Assembly (NCBI RefSeq): GCF_036321535.1
Contig: NC_087447.1
Location: 37,884,001-37,948,000, forward strand
DNA length: 64,000 nucleotides
Direction of reading: 5' to 3'
Source of the DNA: Camelus dromedarius
Taxonomy: Eukaryota
Notes under the pieces: generated by a model
The model's input: only the letters and a program-made list of their open reading frames with translations
The model's database searches: none
Told to the model about the DNA's origin: nothing
In this document: positions 28,100 through 41,209 of the stretch, in pieces
Layout: each line of letters starts with the position of its first letter
How positions within the stretch are numbered: the first letter of the stretch is position 1
Translations under genes and position numbers: made by a program

Positions 28100-30020
28100 G
28101 ATCAGATGGGACAACAGCAAAATAAAGAGACGACAGAAGACTGCATCAGAAATTATATTATGTAAATAGACTAAACATTCCAGTTAAAAACAAAGATTGC
28201 AGGACTGTCTAAGCAAACAAGACCTCACTATATGCTGTTTATAAATGTGAAAGTAAAAGAATGGGAAAAGATATGCCAAAAAAACACTAACCAATGCATC
28301 TATGTGGCAATATTAACATCAGATAAGCAAACTTTAAGATAAGTAATACTAATTAATGATAAAGACATTTCAAGATCTTAAAATAAGTCAATTCAACAGT
28401 AAGGGAAAAAATTCTAAATTTTAAATCCACTAATAATACAGCTTCAAAACATACACAGCAAAAGTTAATAAAACTAAAAGAAATAGATAAACTAAGAGCA
28501 ATAAATAAATTCACAATCATAGATGGAGAATTTAACACATCTATCTCAGTAGCTGACAGAAAAAGCAGTCAGGAAATACAAATAAGAGATTTGAACACCC
28601 CACTAAGCAACTTGACCTAATTTACCTATATACAAAGCTATATTCAACAAATGCAGAATACACACTCTTTTTAGGTACACATGGAACATTTACCAAAATA
28701 GCTTATATGGTAAACATAAAGCAATTCTCAACAAAGTTCAAAGAATTAGAACCATAGAGAGTTATTTCTTCTGATCATTGTGAAAATAAATTAGAAATCA
28801 ATCACAGAAAAATAATTAGAATATACCCAAATATTTAGAAATTAAGCAATATACTTCTAAATAACTCATGCATCAAAAAAGAAATCATAATGAAAATGGA
28901 AAATATTTTGAATGGAAAATAAAAATATGGCATAGCAAAATTTATAGGCCAAATCTGAAAATGATTATGGAAAAAAGTATAGCTTTAAATACATATAGTT
29001 TAAAAAATGAAAGGATTAAGAATCAGCTTCCTCAGCTTCCATCTCAGGAAGTTAACAAAAAACAAAAATTAAGCCCAAAGAAAGGAGAAAGAAGAAAATA
29101 ATAAAGACAAGAGTGGAAATTAATGAGATAGAAAGCAGATAGAAAATGGAGAAAATCAAAAAGCCAAAAGTTGATTTTTTGAGAAGATTAATATAATGCA
29201 CGAGCCCCTAGCAAGATGAAGCAAGATAAAAAGAGGATATTCAATATCAGGAACAAAAAGGGGGAACACTACTAGAGATCCTACAGATATTAAAAGATAA
29301 TAAGAGGGTGTTATAAATAATATTGTGCCGTTAATTTTGATGATTTAGATAAAATAAACAAGTTCCTTGAAAAAGACAAGCTACCAAAATTTACATGAGA
29401 AAATGGAAAGTCTGAATAGTCCTATATCTGATAAAGAACTTGAATATATAATTTAAACCTCTCCTACTCCAAGAAAGAAATATCACCAATCTAATAAAAA
29501 TCATATCAGAGGGAAAAAAAATGGACATTTCCCAATTCATTTAATGAAGCTGGTATATATACAAGGACATTACAAGGAAAGCAAAATACAGGCAAATGTA
29601 TCTCATGAATGTAGATGCAGTAATCCTAAATAAAAAATCAAAATCAAAAACCATCAGTATGGAAAAAATAATAATAATCATGACCAAATGGTATTTATTC
29701 CAGAAACACAAGGTTGGATTTACATTCAAAATTCAGTGTAACTCACTACATTAGCTACATTAGCAAAAAACATGAAAAACACCATATGATCATCTCAATA
29801 GGTACAGAAAAGGCTTTTGATAAAATTCAAGACCTTTATTGGTAAAAAACTTCCAGAAAACTAGGAATCTAAGAGAATTTTCTTAGTCTAATAAAATATG
29901 TCTATGAAAAACTTCCACTGCTATCATCATATATGGCCTAATAGTGAATTTCTTTCTCCTGAGTTTGTCAGTTTAACAAGGATATCCATAACCACTAGTT
30001 CTTTTCAGTACTGCACTGGA
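28100..30020 (+). mobile_element. Degenerate LINE-1 ORF2 (endonuclease through RT remnants)
   Basis: 'tgtaaatagactaaac..ggagaatttaacac..catggaacatttaccaaaatag..catctcaataggtacagaaaaggcttttgataaaattcaa'; multiple stops and frameshifts. Confidence 0.85.
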
Positions 30021-30409
30021 GATCAACAAATGTCCCCAAGGCATATCAGCAGCAATTAAGCTCTAGGGATTACACTTACTTTCCTGTGAATTTAGTTATT
30101 CAGAAATGAGAAACATTTCCACGAGCACTATATGAGCTTTCTTTTTTACAGATTACCTAAGGCATCACTTCATTGTAAAGAGCTCTTACACTTATCTGGA
30201 CAGTTCTCTGTTGCCACCTTCTGGTGATCAGCAGTTCCACCCGAGATTTACCCTCCACCTTAAGGGAGGAGGCTCTGGGCAAGAACCATCCATCAGAAAT
30301 CAAACTAACTGAAAGGGAAGGCGAAAAAGACTAAAAAGCTTCCTAATATGCTAGAGCACCCACTGTATTCCAGGCCCCATTCCAGGTCCTCACATATTCA
30401 TAAACTAGG

Positions 30410-30645
30410 AGTGGAAGTACTGGTTAAGAAAGTGGGTGTTGGAGCCAGAACTACTTGGATTCTAAAGCCCTGCTTTATCATTTACTGGTGTATGACTTTG
30501 AATAAATTACTTAACCTTTCTTGTTTCGGTCTTCTCATCTGTAAAATAAGGATGATGATAATAGTACCTACCTACTAGGATTGTTGCAATGATTAAAATC
30601 ACTATTCACAACAATCCCCAGCACATAGTACTAAATAAGTATGTA
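30410..30645 (+). mobile_element. MIR SINE
   Basis: 'tgtatgactttgaataaattacttaacctttc..ctcatctgtaaaataaggatgatgataatagtacctacc'. Confidence 0.85.
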
Positions 30646-30714
30646 TATTTCACAATTGTTCCAGCTAATGAGAGATTGCATTTTGTGGAATCAGGATAGA
30701 ATATAAAAGGGTTA

Positions 30715-32545
30715 CACAAAATGGTACTTTGGAAAAAGTGACAGTTTCTTATAAATTGAAGTAAAGAATTACATTGTACCTACAATTCCATTCTTAGGTA
30801 TATGCCCAAAAGAACTAAAAATGTATGTTTACACAAAAACTTGTATTGAATGTTCATAACAGATTTATTTATAATAGCCCAAAAGTGGAAAAAATTCAAA
30901 TGTCTATCAACTGATAAGTGGATACAAAAAATGTACTATATCCACACAATAAAATATTATTCAGCTATAGAAAGGAACAAAGTATTAATACATGCTACAA
31001 TGTGAATGAACCTTAAAAAAATAATGCTAAGTGAACAAAGACAGATTAAAAAGGCCATATATTACATGATTCCATTTATATGAAAGGTCCAGAATAGACA
31101 TATTTATAGAAACAGAAAGATTAGTGGTTCCCTAATTGAAAATTTACAGTCACATACACAAAAATCTACGTAAAAATGTCTATGGAAGCTTTATTCATAA
31201 TTTTCCAAAACTAGAAGCAACCAGGATTTCCTTCAGTAAGTGATGGATAAGCAAACTGTGGTACATCTATCCAATGGAATACTACTCAGCAATAAAAATT
31301 ATGAGCTTCTCATATATGCAAAAATGTAAATGAATCTTAAATGCATTTTGCTAAGTGAAAGAAGGCAAATCCAGATGACTATATATTGTATGGTTTCATT
31401 CATATATTATGTAAAAGGCAAAATTATAGAGACAGAAAACAAAACAATGATTGCCATTGGTTTGAGTAGAGGGGAGATATTGACAGCAAAAGGGACACAT
31501 GAGGGAATTTTAGAACTATTCCATCACCTTGGGGTGTTGGATAAATAACTCTGCCTACGTCAAAACCTATAGAACTTTGTATCTCAAACAGTGAGCTTTA
31601 ATGTATACAAGTTAAAAAAAATCAGCCACGATGTTGGAGAATCCCAGGACGCAACACAGACTGTGAAAAATGAATCTCACTATATGACATAAGCTCACTG
31701 AAGTGGGTGGGAGGGAAAAAAGAACTGACTTGAGGAACTACAGAAATTGTAAGGGTAAAGACAAGAATTGTACATAAACCTTGTACTCTAATTTGTTTTT
31801 CTCACAGAGTTATAGGTTAACAATTCCAAAAATATTTTATACTAGGGTTGAACAAATAAGCAACTAAATAGTACGGAGGTTTCTGTCAGAGAAAGAAGTT
31901 ACAAATAACCTAGTGGGGAAGCTAGAATGAATTCTGCTTACTAGATTAGAGTGGAAAACATCAGTATGAACTCATGTTTAGTTTAATATATTAAAGATAG
32001 ATTAAAAACAGAAATAATTACAGATATATGTGCATATATGGGTCAGTATATATACACATTCCCTGAGTTGTGTAATGAGAGGGGTCTAGAAACAGTGATA
32101 CCCCAATAGCAGTGCATATACACCATTCTTCAATAATAGAAACCAAGGGTCCTTCCAGAAACGGCTGATTCTAGGGCTGGGACAGGGAAAATACAACATA
32201 AACCTGGAGCATATTGCGATGCCAGACAGTAAGGAAATACTCAAAAAATGGAGGCATGTCAAAAGGACACAGGAGCCAACCTGAAAGAGCTCACAATGGA
32301 CAAAGCTGGAATAATTTCTTTTTATTTTTTGTAATTCTTACTTTTTTTATTGAAGTGTAGTCAATTTATAATGCTAGCTTTAGGTGTTCAGCAAAAGCTG
32401 GAACAATCTAAGCAACAATATAAGTAATATAATATTGGATTATAATCTAAGTTATAAAGTGAGTCCATACTGACATAAATAAATGATTTAATAAACAAAG
32501 GGGAGAAAAGACAAATATTTCTTACAGAACAATGTATGTAAATAC
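30715..32545 (+). mobile_element. Old LINE-1 3' ends (L1MB/ME-like followed by L1MC/MD-like 3' UTR)
   Basis: Repeated ORF2-end motifs ('aatgttcata.cag.tttatt.ataatagcccaaaa.tggaaa') and an extended 3' UTR ('ggctgattctagggctgggacagggaaaataca'). Confidence 0.75.
32316..32393 (-). mobile_element. Ultra-short (~78 bp) LINE-1 3'-end insertion
   Basis: 'ttttttattgaagtgtagtcaatttataatgctagctttaggtgttcagca', flanked by TSD aaagctggaa(t/c)aat at 32302-32315 and 32394-32407. Confidence 0.8.
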
Positions 32546-32548
32546 TGC

Positions 32549-33020
32549 TGTCAGGAAAGGCAATCTCATGCATGCAATCCATTCACACCTGCTGGGCCAC
32601 TAAGAGTGGACCTTGGGCCTGGAACACCTCATTAACAAGAGATAAAGAAACTACACAGTTGTGCCAAGCCTATTGCCATGTGTGAGAATATCTTTCCCAG
32701 TTTAAGCTTCAGTAAGTGTTTCTTTGTTCTGCTTAAGCATGTGCGTCAATAGTCAACACCTCCAGTTTTCAGTATTTCAGATTCCATAGGAGAGGTGGAG
32801 GGAATCCTTCTGTGACAGGAGAGGGTTGCATGTAGGCCAATTGCCCTGAGTCTGCTGAAGGCAACCTCTAGCCATGGGGACCAATGCGAGGTACTGGAGC
32901 TGATCATGTTTGGTCTCTTCTGTATGTGAGCAAAGCATTGTTCTGTCCAGTGCTTGACTGCATTGTATTTTCCTTAGTGACTCTGATATCTACCTGTAGT
33001 AAGCAGCAGTGTTTGGACAT
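32549..33020 (+). mobile_element. ERVL-class LTR (MER54/MER74-like)
   Basis: Starts tgtcaggaaaggcaatctcatgcatgca, ends ..tggaca; family from memory. Confidence 0.5.
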
Positions 33021-33470
33021 AGTGGTGCTCAGAGAGGGTGTGGTAGTTCTCTACCCTTTCTCCATACCTTGTCCTAAGCATCTCTTTTATCTGAATGTTC
33101 TCAAGTTATATCCTTTTACAATAAACCAATAATCTGGTAAGAAAAATGTTTCTCTGAGTTCTAGTAAAAGGGAGTAGAACCCTGTGGGCACCACCACCCT
33201 CCAACACTTGCCTATTGTTTATAGAAAAGCTGAAGTCTCTCAGGCCTCCCTAAGTCATAGAAGAGCAGGCTCAAGCAGTTGATAAGGATGAGCCTGCAGG
33301 CATTGGGGGATGGCAACAATTCTGACCACCTATCACAAGGATTAACTGAGATTATTCATTCAATTCCCTTTAAAACTTTCAGGGCTGAACAGAATCTTTG
33401 GAGACGGTTTTTTGGAGAGGGATGCTGGGTCCACCAGATTGCAGGCATTCTGATTAAAAGCAACTTTCGT
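33021..33470 (+). mobile_element. Stacked LTR fragments (MER21-like piece, then an ungulate ERV1 LTR piece)
   Basis: 'ccataccttgtcctaagcatctc..aataaacc..gtttctctgagttc' then 'cctttaaaactttcagggctgaacagaatc..gcattctgattaaaagc'. Confidence 0.55.
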
Positions 33471-33473
33471 TTT

Positions 33474-34093
33474 TGTTACCAGGGCTGTTGCCCCAAAATA
33501 ATACCCCTGTCTTTCTCTTGAATGGAAACCAATTGCTCTTTTCTAAGTTTTAGGAGGAAGCTGCAAAGAGAAAAACAAGAACTGATTTGGAACAAACTAG
33601 GCCCAAGATGGTGGAAGATCCGACTTTCAGTAGATCTCGAGCCTCATTATATGCTTATTATAATACATTAACATGTTAAATGACATACCCACCACTGCCA
33701 GGACAGCTGACAATTTCCATGACAACCAAAAATGCAATACTAGGACTGAAAAGGAGTGTTGCATTCAGGCTCCAAACCACACCTCTGTTCTTGGATAAGT
33801 TATTAATATTCCTCCCACTCTTTCCAAATCCCTCCCTTTTATTTCCCTTTTTTCCTCCATATACGTGGTATCTCCACCCAAATTGGGTTGAGAAGTTGAT
33901 TTACGAACTAAGTTCCTATTTCTCCATTCTTTGGCCATTGAATAAAATTTGTGTGTGCCATTCCAGTTTCAGTATTTCATGCTGCTCCAGTTTTCTTATT
34001 GACTATGCAAATCTGAGCAGAAAAAGCACCTATCCGGCCAAGACAAGAGGTCTCTGGAACATGGCACAGGTCCAGATAACCAATTTGGTAACA
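33474..34093 (+). mobile_element. ERV1-class (MER41-like) solo LTR
   Basis: Terminal inverted repeat TGTTACCA...TGGTAACA and AATAAA at ~33942. Shares a core with the LTR at 40582-41201. Confidence 0.75.
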
Positions 34094-35700
34094 CAACCAA
34101 TCTACAGATTCAACACAATCCCTACCAAAATCCCAATTATGTTGTTTGCAGAAATGGAAAACTCATCATCCTACAATTCACATGGCATCTCAAGGGACTC
34201 CGAATAGGCAAAACAATCTTGGAAAAGAAGAACAAAACTGGAGGATTCACATTTTCTGATTTTAAAACTTATCACAAAGCTACAGTAATCAAAAAAAAAA
34301 AAAGTGGTACTGACATAAAAACAGACATATAGACCAATGGAACAGAATAGGAAGCTCAGAAATAATCCCTCACACCTATGATCAGATGATTTTTGCCAAG
34401 AGTGTGAAGACCATTTACTGGGAAAAGGACTGTCTTTTTATCAATGGTATTGGGGAAACTGAATATCCACAAGCAAAGGAATGAAGCCGGACCCTTACTT
34501 GACACCATATACAAAAACTAACTAAAAGAATCAAAGACCTAAATGTAAGACCTAAAACTATAAAACTCTTAGAAGAAAACGTAGGGCAAAATCTTCATGG
34601 CATTGGATTTGTTGGATATGACTCCAAAGGTCCAAACAACAAGAGAAAAAATAGACACATTGGACTGGATGAAAATTTTTAATTTTGTACATGAAAAGAC
34701 AATATTAACAGACTAAAAAGGCAACCTAACCAAATGGGAGAATGTATTTGCAAATCATGTATCTCATAAGTGATTAACATCGTGAATATACAGAGATCAC
34801 CTAAAACTAAACAACACAAAAATAACCTGATTTTTAAATGGGCAAGGGCCTTGAATAGACATTTCTTCGAAGAAAATATACAAGTGGGCAATCAGCACAC
34901 AAAAAGATGCTCAACATCACTAATTATTAGGGAAAGGCAAATCAAAAATGCAGTAAGAAACTACCTCATATCCATTAGGATGGTTACTCTAAAAATTTTG
35001 TTTAAAAAAACCAAATAACAGTCCTGGTGAGGATTTGGAGAAAATGGAAATCTTGCACACTACTGGCAAGAATGTAAAATGGCACTACAGCCACTGTGGA
35101 AAACAGTAAGGTGGTTCCTAAAAATTAAAATAGAATTACTATATGATCCAGCAATTCTACTATTGTGTATATACCCCACAAAAATGAAAATAAGATCTTA
35201 TAGAGATTTTTGTACACCCATGTTCATTATTCACAGTAGCTAAAACATGGAAGCAAGCCAAGAGTCCAATGGATGAATGAATAAGCAAAATGTGATATAC
35301 TTTTACAATGGAATGTTATTCAGCCTTAAAAAGGAAGGAAATTTTGATATATGCTACAGCATGCATGAAGATGAACCTTGAGGTCATTATGTCAAATGAA
35401 ATAAGCCAGTCCCCAAAAGACAAATATTATATGATTCCATTTTATGAGATTCTTAGAGTAGTCAAAAATATAGAGACAGGAAGGAAAATAGTGGTTACCA
35501 ATATCTGGGAAGACTGGGAAATAGGGACTTATTGTCTAATGGGTACAGAGTTTCAATTTTACAGGATGAAAGGTTCATGGAGGTGGATGGTGGTGATATT
35601 TGCACAAAATAATGAATATATTTAATACCACTGAAATATACACTTAAAAATGGTTAAGATGGTAAATTTTGTTATGTGTATTTTACCACATTAAAAAAAA
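34094..35700 (+). mobile_element. LINE-1 3' part (ORF2 C-terminal ~1.2 kb, 3' UTR, poly-A), L1MA/MB-like
   Basis: [12 protein letters not shown].., KRCSTSLIIRE.QIK and MECYSALKRKEIL motifs; 'tttaccacattaaaaaaaaa' end. Confidence 0.9.
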
Positions 35701-35894
35701 AGTTTGAAACAACAACAGAAAAAACAAATGCTTTGTTGCCACTACCTCGTACAATCCCAACCAAGAGTAAATCTTGAACACACCTGCATTTTCTATGTGA
35801 CCTCTCTTTATTTGAGAAAGCAAACTACTGGGGCATCGACTTGCCTAGTTTTATTGGTGAACAAAACTGACTTCCAGAGAGTGATGTACTGGGA

Positions 35895-36282
35895 AGCCAG
35901 CAATAGGGTGAGGCAAGTCTCACTTGCCTCCACTGCAAAACTTAAAGGGGTGCCAAAAATCTCAGTAACCAAAGTAAATATTTTAATGCAATGTTTATAA
36001 AGATAAAAATTGATGTGAAAAAATCCATGACAAACAAAATATCTAAATTTCGAGTAAAGATGAGACCTGACAGGGCGAGTAATAGGGTGCAGTGAGTGAG
36101 GCAGGCTCATGTGTCAGTTCCCACTATTCCTTCATTCAAAATGTTGATAATTTGTTCATCATAGACTTTTACACTTTTTAAATATTTCATTAACTATTGT
36201 ATATTTTGATTTCTCAGTTTTTGTCACTCCCTTAAATTTTGCACTAGAGAATGCCTCATTTTCTCACCTTAATCCAGTCCTG
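35895..36282. mobile_element. Palindromic MITE (hAT-like DNA transposon) with ~160-bp inverted arms
   Basis: Arm ~35905-36060 ('gcaaaacttaaaggggtgccaaaaat..aaatccatgacaaacaaaatatc') is the diverged reverse complement of ~36130-36270 ('gataatttgttcatcatagactttt..tttttgtcactcccttaaattttgc'). Confidence 0.7.
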
Positions 36283-36511
36283 CTTATCAGCTTTTACAAG
36301 AACCACCTCTTCTTTCAAAGTTCAAACAATTCACATTATCCATTTTTTCTTGGAAGTGTTTGTCAGCTTTGATTCAATACACTTGGTTTGCTTTGTGACT
36401 CCAGCTCTCCAGTGGGTTAAAAAAATTACGACTTTTTAGATAATCCAGCTTTTTCTCATTGTTAGGGTTGGAGTGACACTCTTGTTGTTTCTAAATGTTA
36501 AACAGCAGAAC

Positions 36512-37040
36512 TTTTTAAAATTACCATTTTAACCATTTTTAATTGTACAATTCAGTGGCATGTAGTTTATTCAGTGTTAAGTAACCATCATCACTATCTA
36601 TTTCCAAAATTTGTTCATCATCTCAAATACAAATTCTGTATCCAGTAAATAATAACTTCTCATTCCTTCCTCCCTCCAGCCCCTGGTAACCTCTATTATA
36701 CTTCCTGTCTTTATGTGTATGCCTATGCTAGGTACATAACTCATATTAGTAGAATCATACAGTATTTGTCATTTTGTGTCTGGCTTATTTCATTTAGCAT
36801 AATACCCTCAAAATTTATGAATATTGTAGCTTGTGACAGAATTTCACTTCTTTTAGAGACAGAATCATATTCCATTGTGTATATATACCACACTTCATTG
36901 ATCTGTTCATATGTTGACGGACACGTGAGTTGTTTCCACTTTTTGGCTATCGTGAGTAATGCTGCTATGAACACAATGTGCAAAGTATCTGTTTGAATCC
37001 CTGCTTTCAGTTCTTTGGGGTATATAGCTAGAAGTATCAC
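36512..37040 (-). mobile_element. LINE-1 3' end (L1MB-like)
   Basis: Minus ORF 36741-37040 (IYPKELKAG..FIAALLTIAKKWKQLTCPS..WYIYTMEY). Confidence 0.85.
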
Positions 37041-37179
37041 TTTTTAAATTTAAAATTATTTTTATTTTAAATGTCATATAAACATATTACTGAAAGTCAG
37101 AAAGGAGAAAAAAATTTATACAATTACTATATTTTCTTCCCAGATTTTATTACCATTTTTTTGTTTTCTTTAACAATAA

Positions 37180-37805
37180 TGTACTGAGTCGGGTTCCCTG
37201 GGAGGCAGACTGAGGCAGAGATTTGCATGCAGAAAGTGGATTGGGGTGTATTCCTAGATCAACACCTGTCAGGGAGTGCAAAAAGGGTACTGGACAGAGA
37301 GACAAGCTGAACTGCATATGGAAGGCTGATCCCCCAGGGACCTTTAAAGCTGGGCTAGGAGTTCAGACTTGTATCTCTTTTAGGCAAGGAGTGTGGGCCT
37401 TTATGCCTCCCAAGACTAGTGCAGTTTTGATGGCATATGACCTAAGCAATCACACAGGGCTCTCCACACTCAGAAGAGTTCCATGTCTTGTTTTAATTAT
37501 CAGCTGTCACTGTCACTGTCACTTGTCACTTCCTTAAGTTTTGAACAAGGGGCCTCACATTTTCATTTTTATTGGGCCCTACAAATTACATACTTTAGTC
37601 CTGTCCTCAACCACACATTCAATGAGAGTTATTCCCAGGGACAGACCCCAGACCTTGATCAAGGCAACCCTTTTTGGCTGAGAGCCATTCTCAGAAAGTG
37701 ACTCAGCTGGAAGCTATTAGCCACCCATACTCCAGGGAGCTGGAGCAACGCAAGCCTCAGTCCTGAAGTCAAAATTTAGATGGCAAATGACAGCATCCAT
37801 TACAC
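37180..37805 (-). mobile_element. LTR33-like ERVL LTR with a nested MER45-like MITE (~37415-37603)
   Basis: 'gggttccctgggaggcagactgaggcagagatttgcatgcag..'; inner 'gcaatcacacagggc..tttgaacaaggggcc.cacattttcattttt.ttgggcc'. Confidence 0.6.
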
Positions 37806-38449
37806 AGAGCTTCAGACATGTAACACTTACATAAAGTTGTAATTATGCTGCATATACACAGATTAGTTGTCTATTTTATACCTAATGTCATATCACAGAC
37901 ATTTTCAGTGAAACTGTACTGTCTTCATAGCTATCCTTTTTAACTATATGTAATATTTCAAGGGTAGATATATTTTACTTAATGATTTCATTTCCCTAAT
38001 TATTTCTGTATCTATTTTATTATTTCTGTATCTATTTTATTACTTCATTGTATGTAATTTTCTCACCAGCTCCTCAAATTTTCTGTGGAAACAATGAAAT
38101 ACAAGTAAACTTGTCTACTGATTTACTTTTGAATAGTTAGGTTTCCAACTTACTGCCATATAAATGTTATAATGAACATCTCCCTTATACAAGATTTTCC
38201 ATGATTGAGGTTAATTCCCTTGGTGTAGAGTTCTGAATGTAGAATTATTAGGTGAGATAGGCCAATTTTACAACTTTTGATACAAACTGCCAAGTTGTTT
38301 TCCAAAAAAATTATATAAATTACACACTCATAGGCAAGAGAATGCCAGTTTCACAGAATTATAGTCTTTACTGTGTATTATTTTTTAAGATATTTGTGGC
38401 TCATATTTTTTTAATGTTTTAAATTGTTTTTTCTCATTTAATTGGCAAA

Positions 38450-39240
38450 TTAGTACATCAGAGTTTTTTGGTCAACAATTTACTAAGAAAAAACTGAAAC
38501 ACACACAAAAATTGAAAGAATTGTACAGAAAATACCCATATACCCAATACTTTGACTTTATAATTAACATTTTGCTATATTCACTTTATCACATATGTTG
38601 CTATCTAGCTATCCCTCTATCCATCAACACATATTATTTTTAATGTATCTCAAAGTAAGTTGCATTCAGTAATACACTTCACCCCTCACTTTAGCATGTG
38701 TATCACTAAATAGAGTGCAATATTTTTTATTGGACTTTTTAAATGTAAAATGTAAATATAATAAAATGCGTAAATCTTAAGTGTACCATCTGATGAGTTT
38801 GGGCAAACACATACATATATGAAATACAAATCTCTATCAAGATACAGGACACTACCATGATGCCAAAAAGTTGCTTCACGCCTCTTTCCATTAAACCCTA
38901 CCCTCAATATATGCCCCCACCACCACTAGAGGCAACCACTATTGTTAATTTTTTAAATCATGGTTTACATAAGCCAATTCCAGAACTTCATATCAATGGA
39001 ATTATACAGTATGTCAGTCTTTAGGATAAGGATTCTTTACCTCAGCATAATGTCTTTGAGATTTATCCCTATTGTTGCATGTACTAGCAGATTTTCTTCC
39101 TCCTTTTTATTGCTGACTAGTATTCCATAGCATGAATATACCACAGGTATTTATTGATTTTCCTGTTAATAGACACCTGGGCTGTGTCTATTTTTTATCT
39201 TTTATGAATAAAGCTGTTACAAATTTCAGAGATTTTTATC
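38450..39240 (-). mobile_element. Old LINE-1 3' fragments
   Basis: 'aatcttaagtgtac..gaggcaaccactatt..cagcataatgtctttgagatttatcc..aataaagctg'. Confidence 0.75.
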
Positions 39241-39769
39241 TTGCATTTATCATTATGAGTGAGGTTGTACATTTTCATTACATTTATTCAGCAATTGTAA
39301 TCTCTCTTTGATGAATGATATATTTACTCATGCCACTTGCTTAAAAATTTCCTGGAGTTTCAAACATTTTCTTATACAAATTTAAGAGCTTTTTAAATAG
39401 TAAATGCATTACCTCCATAACTACTTGTAGTTTGTATTTAACTACTTTTATAACTTGAGGGGGCAGTAATGGCCAAATCTCAAAATTTATTTATAAAATA
39501 TAAAGTCTATTTTATAATATATTCTAAAATAATCTAAGAGATTAACTACATATATTTTAAGCAAATTTTTATTCTCTTTGGAAATTTAATACCACTACCA
39601 CAGAAATATACACATATGTACACATTCACAAAATTTTATGGAGATAAAATGAGTGGTTTAAATTTTATTTTAAATTCATGTGTAAATTCTAGACTATCAC
39701 TAGACTCATAACTAAGACTTATTACAAAGTTCTGAAATTGAGTAGTGAGAAGCTTCTGATTCTGGTCAG

Positions 39770-41209
39770 CAGTTCCTATGTGTGTGGGTTTAGGTATCAG
39801 ATGGTTGGTTACCACACCACCAAGCAATTCTTCAACACCAGCTGGGTGTCCTACAATTCAACTAAATTCCAATATTATCTGCATGGAGATAACATCAGAT
39901 CCCACAGGCTAAGGGTTCAGTCCCACAAGACGGCGCCCCTGCACACACAATTCAGACACCAACCAAAAGTCTAGGTTGTCACTAGTGCTTCTGACCAATG
40001 GACTATAGATCAGAGGTTCCCATAACTTTCTTCTGGAGTTTGATTAATTGCTAGAGCAGCTCACAGAACTCAGGGAAACATTTTACTTACTAGAGTTACC
40101 AGTTTATTATAAAAAGGCATAACTCAGGAACAGCCAGAAGAAACTGATGCATAAGGCAAGATAATGTGGGAAGGGGCACAAATCTTCCATGCTCTTTCCA
40201 GTCAAGCCACTGTCCCTGCATCCCCCACATGTTCACCAACACAGAAGCTCTATGAAACCCAACTTTTGGGGGGTTTTATGGAGGCCTTGTTACATAGACA
40301 TGATTGATCAAATCATTGCACATTAGTGATTAAATTCAATCTCTAGCCCCTCTCCTGCCAGGACGCCAGGGAGTGGGGCTGAAAGTTCCAACCTCTAATC
40401 TCGTGACTGGCTCCACAGGCAACTAGCTTGCATCTTTGGAAGCAGTCCAAAGTCCCTCATTAACATAGCAAAAGACACCTTTATCACTCTCATCACTTGG
40501 GAAATTCCAAGAGTTTTACAGGCTCTGTGTTGGAAACGGGACAAAGACCAAATATATATTTCTCATTATAAATAACAGCATTGAGACAGGATGGGAGGGG
40601 GCAGGGCATAGCCATTCAAGCAATTAACATCAAAATGGTGAAAGATTCAACTCCCATTAGGCCTTGAGGCTCAGGATGATGAGAGATTTAACTTCTAGTA
40701 GATCTTGAGCTTTATTATACACTCATTGTAATATATTAACATGGTGAATAACACGCCCACAGGCACCACGGCAGTCCCGAGGCTAGACACAAAAGGTCAA
40801 AGAGTGGGAAATGGCCAAATTCCCGGGAATCCCAGCCCCTTCCCCAGGCTACTCAGACTGGTCCTTCCACTTATTAGCATATGAAGCCACCAAGCCCATA
40901 AAAACCAGCAACACAGTGCCTCATGGCTGCCCCTCTCTCCCTCTTCAGAGAAGGCCCACATTCTGTCTATGGAATGGTACCCACTTTTAATCTGAGCACC
41001 CAACCCCCATACCTCGTGGCCTTTCTTTTGCCTTTCAATGTATCTCTCTGAATAAATCTACCTTCACTGAACTGTGTGGCTCGCTCTTGAATTCTTTCCT
41101 GTGCGACGCCAAGGACCCACACTTGGAGGGGCGTGTACCAGGGGCTCAACTGAAGCCTGGCACATGCCCTTCTCATGCCCCACATCCGTTTTCCTGCATC
41201 AGTATCACA
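39770..41209 (-). mobile_element. MER21-like LTR, interrupted near its end by a MER41-like LTR
   Basis: 'caccagctgggtgtcctacaattcaa..gggttcagtcccacaagac..gggacaaagaccaaatatatatttctcattat..(insertion)..gtatcaca'. Confidence 0.75.
40582..41201 (+). mobile_element. MER41-like ERV1 solo LTR (620 bp)
   Basis: TG...CA ends (tgagacagg..ctgcatca) with 4-bp TSD gcat/gtat. Contains 'attagcatat', 'aataaatctaccttcact' and 'ctcgctcttgaattctttcctgtgcga.gccaaggaccc'. Confidence 0.85.

Noticed and set aside
33680..34207. Longest ORF in the track (175 aa)
   Set aside because: Chance read-through from an LTR into L1 ORF2 ([12 protein letters not shown]); no gene structure.
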